Positions 58,898 through 64,000 of a stretch of 64,000 nucleotides of DNA are shown in pieces. This stretch comes from Alphaproteobacteria bacterium (GTDB lineage Bacteria; Pseudomonadota; Alphaproteobacteria; UBA8366), in the NCBI GenBank assembly GCA_965228695.1, contig CBDDIB010000001.1:373893-437892 (forward strand). Reading direction: 5' to 3'. Both the position numbers and the translations under genes were made by a program. Position 1 is the first letter of the stretch. Each line of letters begins with the position of its first letter. The notes below the pieces were generated by a model. The model saw only the letters and a program-made list of their open reading frames with translations, searched no databases and was not told the origin of the DNA.

Positions 58898-59878
58898 TCA
58901 GGCGGTTGGAACGAGTTGGATCGGGGTCAGCGGCTTGAGGCGGTAGTCGCCGTCCGAGGCGAGGCCTTCAAGCGCGGCGACGGTTTCGACGCGACGCGCC
59001 GACCCGCGCCCTTTGAGAAAGACAATGATGTCGATCGCCTCGGCGATCAGCCGGCGCGGGACCGTCACCACCGCTTCCTGGATGAGCTGTTCAAGCCGGT
59101 AGAGGCCGGCATGGGCGGAGTTGGCGTGCAGCGTGGTGATCCCGCCGGGATGGCCCGTGTTCCAGGCTTTGAGCATGTCGAGCGCCTCCGGCCCCCGCAC
59201 CTCGCCGACGATGATACGGTCGGGTCGGAGCCTCAGCGTCGAGCGCACCAGATCGGCGAGCGCAGCGACGCCGGGCTTGGTCCGCAGGCTGACGCAATCC
59301 ACCGCCGCGCAGTGGAGCTCGCGCGTGTCCTCGATCAGGATCACCCGGTCGCCGCTCGCGGCAACCTCTGCGAGGAGCGCATTGACCAGCGTGGTCTTGC
59401 CAGAGCTGGTGCCGCCCACGGCGACGATGTTTTTTTGCGCTTCGACAGCTTCCTGGAGCGCTTTCGCCTGGAGCGGCGTCATGATCTGGGCGTCGACATA
59501 GTCGGAGAGCCGGTAGAGCACTCTCGCCGGCTTACGGATCGCGAAGCACGGGCTTGGCGAGACCGGTGGCAACAGGCCTTCGAACCGTTCTCCGGTTTCC
59601 GGAAGCTCTGCCGATACGACCGGGCGGTCGCGGTGGCACTCCTGTCCGATATGACTGGCGACCAGCCGGATAATCCGCTCGGCCTCGGACGCCTCAAGCC
59701 GGTCGCCGGTGTCGATGCGCCCGTCGCCATGGCGGTCGATCCAAAGCCGTCCGTCGGGGTTGACCATCACCTCGATCACGGCCGGATCGGTAAGCGCGGT
59801 TGCGATCGCGGGTCCCATGGCGGTGCGCAGCATCGTCCGTTGCCGGTCGAGCGTCGTGGGATTGAAACGGTCACTCAT
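58898..59878 (-). CDS. trbB: conjugal transfer ATPase TrbB (VirB11)
   Basis: EVMVNPDG, GGTSSGKTT, LRLRPDRIIVGEVRG, WNTGHPGG. Confidence 0.95.
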   Translation of the reverse strand: MSDRFNPTTLDRQRTMLRTAMGPAIATALTDPAVIEVMVNPDGRLWIDRHGDGRIDTGDRLEASEAERIIRLVASHIGQECHRDRPVVSAELPETGERFEGLLPPVSPSPCFAIRKPARVLYRLSDYVDAQIMTPLQAKALQEAVEAQKNIVAVGGTSSGKTTLVNALLAEVAASGDRVILIEDTRELHCAAVDCVSLRTKPGVAALADLVRSTLRLRPDRIIVGEVRGPEALDMLKAWNTGHPGGITTLHANSAHAGLYRLEQLIQEAVVTVPRRLIAEAIDIIVFLKGRGSARRVETVAALEGLASDGDYRLKPLTPIQLVPTA

Positions 59879-60392
59879 CGTCTGCTTCCCCCAGGTCGCT
59901 GCCGTTCCCGGCACCGCCGTTGGGAGACGAGACCGCCTTTGCGGCACGGAGCGCGTCGATCTCGGCTTCGGTGAAGAAGTCGCTCTCGCTGGGCGCGACC
60001 TCTTCGAGGACGTCGCGGATCATCGATTTGCCGCCCGCCAGACGACGGCCGAGCTGCGCCACGAAGAACTCGAAGCGCTCCTTGCCGAGCGGGCGGGCAG
60101 CGTCCTGCTCCGCTTCGGGCAATGGCGGCGTGATCGTCAGGTAGTAGCGCACGAAGAGCGCCAGACTTTCGGAAACGATCGTCTGATCCCGTTCGAGGCG
60201 ATCCAACTGACGGGACAAGCGATCGAGCCGCCGGACGATGGCCGCGTCGCGCTGATCGTCGCGCTCCGGCGACAGGAAGGCGGCGAGCGCCGCATCGGTG
60301 ATGGCGGATTTCGAGGCGCCCGGCCGCCGGGCCGCCACGCCGAGCCGTTGATCCACCTGATCGGAGAGATAGACGCAGAGACGGGGTTTCAT
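59871..60392 (-). CDS. CopG/RHH-family protein between traG and trbB
   Basis: R...YL, SKSAI..AAL..FLSP, RRLDRL; conserved position in Tn4371-like ICEs. Confidence 0.85.
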   Translation of the reverse strand: MKPRLCVYLSDQVDQRLGVAARRPGASKSAITDAALAAFLSPERDDQRDAAIVRRLDRLSRQLDRLERDQTIVSESLALFVRYYLTITPPLPEAEQDAARPLGKERFEFFVAQLGRRLAGGKSMIRDVLEEVAPSESDFFTEAEIDALRAAKAVSSPNGGAGNGSDLGEADDE

Positions 60393-60406
60393 GGGCAGCG
60401 CCTCCT

Positions 60407-62461
60407 CTAGAAGCTCGGGATCAGGTCGTCGTCGGCCTGATCCCCCATTCCGTTATTGAGGGCATGGGCGCGCCGGACGGTCGCGGCGTTGCGGGCGAGC
60501 TGGTCCACCCGCCGTGCATCGGCGGGATCGAACTCGTCATCGACCAGCCCCGCATCCGGCGCGCGTTCGGGCCGGTGCTTCGCGGGCGCTTCCTCCGGCA
60601 GCGCGGGATGGCGCTTGAGACCCCCTTCGTCGTCCTGCCCGCTGGAGACGAGCTCGGCCCAGGGCTTGATCAAATCGGCGTGGGGCGTACGCACTTGTCC
60701 TGACCAGTCGTCGGTGCGGGATGGCGGACGGTCCGCATAGGGACCATCCCCAGAATCCGACTTTGGCAGGCCCGGTGGGGGGCACACCCGGCCCGTGAAG
60801 TTGGCGTCCTCGAAATAACGCAGCTTCCTGGCGCGGATCGGCGGCTGGCCGGAGACCATGACAATCTCCTCGTCCGCCGGAAGCTGCATCACCTCGCCGG
60901 GGGTCAGCAGTTGGCGCGCCGTCTCTTGACGCGAGACCATGACATGCGCCAGCCACGGCGCGAGCCGGTGGCCGGCATAGTTGCGCTGGGCGCGGAGTTC
61001 CGTCGCGGTGCCAAGCGAGTCCGAGATGCGCTTGGCCGTGCGCTCGTCGTTCGAGGCGAACGCGACCCGGACATGGCAATTGTCGAGAATGGCGTTGTTC
61101 TCGCCATAGGCCTTGGAGATCTGGTTGAGCGACTGCGCGACCAGAAAGCTGCGGATTCCGTAACCTGCCTTGTAGGCGAGCGCGCTCTCGAAGAAGTCGA
61201 GCCGCCCGAGCGCGGGGAACTCATCGAGCATCATTAGGAGCTGGTGGCGGTGTTTCTGGTCAGGATCGCCCTGAAGGCGCTCGGTCAGCCGGCGGCCGAT
61301 CTGGTTGAGCACGAGACGCACCAGCGGTTTGGTGCGTGACAGGTCCGAGGGCGGAATAACCAGGTAGAGCGAGACCGGACGTTCCGCGTCCATCAGATCG
61401 GTGATGCGCCAGTCGCAGGCGCTCGTGGTCTCCGCCACGGTCGGGTCGCGATAGAGCCCGAGGAAGGACATGGCGGTCGAGAGCACGCCCGACCGTTCGT
61501 TCTCGCTCTTGTTCAGAAGTTCGCGGGCGGCCTGCGCGACGACGGGATGGACCTGCGGATTGTCCTCCGTACCCAGATGATTGGTGCTCATCATGACCCG
61601 GAGTGTCCGCTCGAAGGATCGCGAAGGGTCGGAGAGGAACGCCGCGACGCGGGCGAGCGTCTTCTCTTCTTCTGCGTAGAGGATGTGGAGGATCACGCCG
61701 ACGAGGAGCGAGTGGCCCGTTTTCTCCCAGTGCGTCCGCCGCTCCAGACTGCCTTCGGGATCGACCAGAATGTCGGCGATGTTCTGGACGTCACGGACCT
61801 CGTTGCGGCCTTTGCGCACTTCCAGGAGCGGGTTGTATCTGGCGCTGGCTGGATCGGTCGGATTGAACAGCAGGCAGTGCGAGAACTTGGCCCGCCAGCC
61901 GGACGTGAGCTGCCAGTTCTCGCCTTTAATATCGTGGATGACGGCGGAATGCGGCCAACTCAGCAAGGTCGGGATGACGAGTCCGACGCCCTTGCCGGAT
62001 CGCGTCGGCGCGAAGCACATGATGTGCTCCGGCCCGTCATGGCGCAGATAGCGTCCTTTCAGACGCCCAAGAAAAACGCCCGCGGGATCGAATAGCCCCG
62101 CCTTCTCGATCTCCGTCTTTGACGCCCAGCGCGACGAGCCGTAAGTGGTGACCAGCCGGTTTTGTCTCGCCCGCCAGAGCGATCCGATAATGGCGACGAC
62201 GACGCCGAGGACGCCGCCCGCCGCCGCGATGGCGCCGGCTGTGTTGAAGATCGTCGGGGCATAAGCCTCATAGGCGTACCACCACTCGAACACCCGCCAC
62301 GGCAGATAGACCGGATAGTCGCCGATCGATACCCAAGCCGGGCCGAGACGCGGCTGATAACCGAGCTGCCCCGCCGTCCACTGCGTTGCGAACCAGACCG
62401 CACCGATCACAATCCCGAAAACGAGAAAAATTTGGCCAATAAGAAGCTTGGTTGGAGTCAT
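60407..62461 (-). CDS. traG: type IV coupling protein TraG (VirD4)
   Basis: TYGSSRWA, APTRSGKGVG, DIKGEN, LDEFPALG. Confidence 0.95.
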   Translation of the reverse strand: MTPTKLLIGQIFLVFGIVIGAVWFATQWTAGQLGYQPRLGPAWVSIGDYPVYLPWRVFEWWYAYEAYAPTIFNTAGAIAAAGGVLGVVVAIIGSLWRARQNRLVTTYGSSRWASKTEIEKAGLFDPAGVFLGRLKGRYLRHDGPEHIMCFAPTRSGKGVGLVIPTLLSWPHSAVIHDIKGENWQLTSGWRAKFSHCLLFNPTDPASARYNPLLEVRKGRNEVRDVQNIADILVDPEGSLERRTHWEKTGHSLLVGVILHILYAEEEKTLARVAAFLSDPSRSFERTLRVMMSTNHLGTEDNPQVHPVVAQAARELLNKSENERSGVLSTAMSFLGLYRDPTVAETTSACDWRITDLMDAERPVSLYLVIPPSDLSRTKPLVRLVLNQIGRRLTERLQGDPDQKHRHQLLMMLDEFPALGRLDFFESALAYKAGYGIRSFLVAQSLNQISKAYGENNAILDNCHVRVAFASNDERTAKRISDSLGTATELRAQRNYAGHRLAPWLAHVMVSRQETARQLLTPGEVMQLPADEEIVMVSGQPPIRARKLRYFEDANFTGRVCPPPGLPKSDSGDGPYADRPPSRTDDWSGQVRTPHADLIKPWAELVSSGQDDEGGLKRHPALPEEAPAKHRPERAPDAGLVDDEFDPADARRVDQLARNAATVRRAHALNNGMGDQADDDLIPSF

Positions 62462-62749
62462 CGATCTCTTGCCGCTTTGTTCGAGCAAAACGCCCGTTGC
62501 AGTCGGCAAAAGATCGCGGTGAAATCAGCTTTTAATCAATGAAGTAACTTCCAAGGTGATCCAAGTGTTCATAAATGAAGAAGCAAGCGCCAGTTAAGGC
62601 AAAGATCAGCAAAGATCATCCGGACTTATTTTTAGAGGACGGAACCGCTATGATCTTGGATGGAGTTGGATCGAAGCGATGGCGTGTCGCGAAAAGCGCG
62701 CAAACGCTGTCTGATGGGGCATTCGCGGGGGCTGAAAAGGAGATGATCC

Positions 62750-63811
62750 ATGCGTTTCGCTCGTCGTTCCGCCCTGCTGGGTTTCGCGGCGCTCTCGTTT
62801 GCCGCGTGCGGCATCGCCAACGCGGCAACAGCGGCCGAATATGAGGTTCGCGCCTTCGACGGCGGACCCGCCTGGTTCGTCTATGACGAGCCTGTCGATG
62901 TCGCCCTCCATGTCCTGAAACCCGACGACCCGAAATGCCATGAGGTCGGCGAGATCATCCTTCTCTTCGAAAATCGAGATCAACTGCGCAATGACGCCCT
63001 GATCGAAACCGCCGCGCTCACGGGCATGGCCCATTATGCCGAGCTCTGCCGCTCGCTCGGCGCCAATCCGTCGAACCAACGCAAGGTCACGGGGATCATT
63101 GCCGGCGACGGCACGCCCGATGCACGGGGCCGGATCATGGGCGACGCGCGCGTCCTCGACGCAATGGTCTCCTCGTTCACCGGCACGTATCAACTTCGGG
63201 TTCGCCGCAACACCGTCGCCGCCAGCGGCGCTGATGATGCAACCGCTGCCATCATCGCAGACCGGGATGAACGGCTGGCCGCGGCGCGGGCCGAACAGGA
63301 GGCGGCGGATCGAGCACGCGCAAACGAGCGAGCCGCGGAGATCGCCGAGATCCGCACCACCTATAACGCGGCGTTGGCGGAAAGCGTTGCCAAGGCGCAC
63401 CCGGCAGGGCTGGTTGGGCGGGTAACCGGCGGTGATCGCGCTGCGCTGACCGGTGTCTGGTCCGCCAGTCGGGCTGACTGCGCCAACGAGCGCGTGATCC
63501 TGTTCGAGCGCGACGGCGCCGGCACGATCGAATGGTGGCGCGCGTCAAACGAGGATGTTGGCTTCCTGCCATGGCGCACCGGCCGATGGGAGCTGCGCGA
63601 CGACACAGTGATCATGAGCTTCAACCACCGTGTCGAATATGACCGCTTCCGGCAAGACCTCCAGTCGGGCGCCATCAATGAGACCGTCCAGTTCGACCTC
63701 AAAGACGTAGACGGGTCAGAGCTTAGGCTTGCGACCACCAGCGGCGGGTTTTCGCCCGAAGCGTTGTTCCTGGGCGGAGCGGAAAAGCTGTTCTTTAGAT
63801 GCGGGAGTTGA
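62750..63811 (+). CDS. hypothetical exported protein
   Basis: MRFARRSALL..FAAC signal (possible Tat/lipobox), central coiled coil, RBS AGGAG. Confidence 0.65.
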   Translation: MRFARRSALLGFAALSFAACGIANAATAAEYEVRAFDGGPAWFVYDEPVDVALHVLKPDDPKCHEVGEIILLFENRDQLRNDALIETAALTGMAHYAELCRSLGANPSNQRKVTGIIAGDGTPDARGRIMGDARVLDAMVSSFTGTYQLRVRRNTVAASGADDATAAIIADRDERLAAARAEQEAADRARANERAAEIAEIRTTYNAALAESVAKAHPAGLVGRVTGGDRAALTGVWSASRADCANERVILFERDGAGTIEWWRASNEDVGFLPWRTGRWELRDDTVIMSFNHRVEYDRFRQDLQSGAINETVQFDLKDVDGSELRLATTSGGFSPEALFLGGAEKLFFRCGS

Positions 63812-64000
63812 TCATCGTACATTGTGGTTCAGTCCGAAGAAGGTGGTCACTGATCAATCTGTGATATAACGATTTGACGCGATACATCAGCGCGCCAATG
63901 GCCCTTTGTGTCCGTCTGCCAGGCAGTGTTCGTGTGAATGATCCGCCAGGGTCTCGCCGACAGGAATCCTGTTTGTCGAGACTAATGAGGCGTCGAGAAC

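Larger units (their letters stand above)
28742..64000. mobile_element. Tn4371-like integrative conjugative element (continues past window end)
   Basis: att fragment + integrase + ParB remnant + DUF736/DUF2274 + trbBCDEJLFGI + traG; relaxase not seen in window. Confidence 0.8.

Noticed and set aside
56907-59974. Long plus-strand ORFs (472 aa, 571 aa)
   Set aside because: Antisense shadows of GC-rich trbE/trbB-D with no recognisable motifs

Overview
Alphaproteobacterial-type accessory DNA in two parts. (1) 1-28.3 kb: a copper-homeostasis island. It carries a Cu(I) P1B-ATPase with YHS domains, a cupredoxin, multicopper oxidase CopA and CopB, DUF411, DsbA, three c-type cytochromes, two His-rich YncE-like propellers, an orphan Rieske protein, an OmpR/HK pair, an MBOAT pair and DUF305/glutaredoxin genes. 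It also has three MerR/CueR-type 19-bp-spacer promoters and three short signal-peptide + Cys motif + Pro-rich-tail ORFs resembling CutF/CruR ribosome-stalling leaders; two of these show an anti-Shine-Dalgarno complement next to the Pro motif. (2) 28.7 kb to beyond the window end: a Tn4371-like integrative conjugative element bounded by a 45-bp 3' half of tRNA-fMet (att). It encodes a tyrosine integrase, a broken ParB, traG and a trbBCDEJLFGI T4SS. Its cargo is a dense defence island: a tightly coupled nine-gene operon (RHH regulator, PaeR7I-like type II RM, metallophosphoesterase, Hsp90-like GHKL ATPase, Gabija-like OLD nuclease and UvrD helicase, PD-(D/E)xK nuclease, HNH-like protein), then a DUF4365-APAZ + short Argonaute (SPARDA-type) pair with a coupled HEPN-motif third gene, and a further HEPN-motif gene beside the integrase. 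Best novelty candidates: the phosphoesterase-Hsp90 module between RM and Gabija, the HEPN-extended SPARDA, and the triple Cu-leader-peptide regulation. All family assignments come from motif recognition by eye, not database searches.
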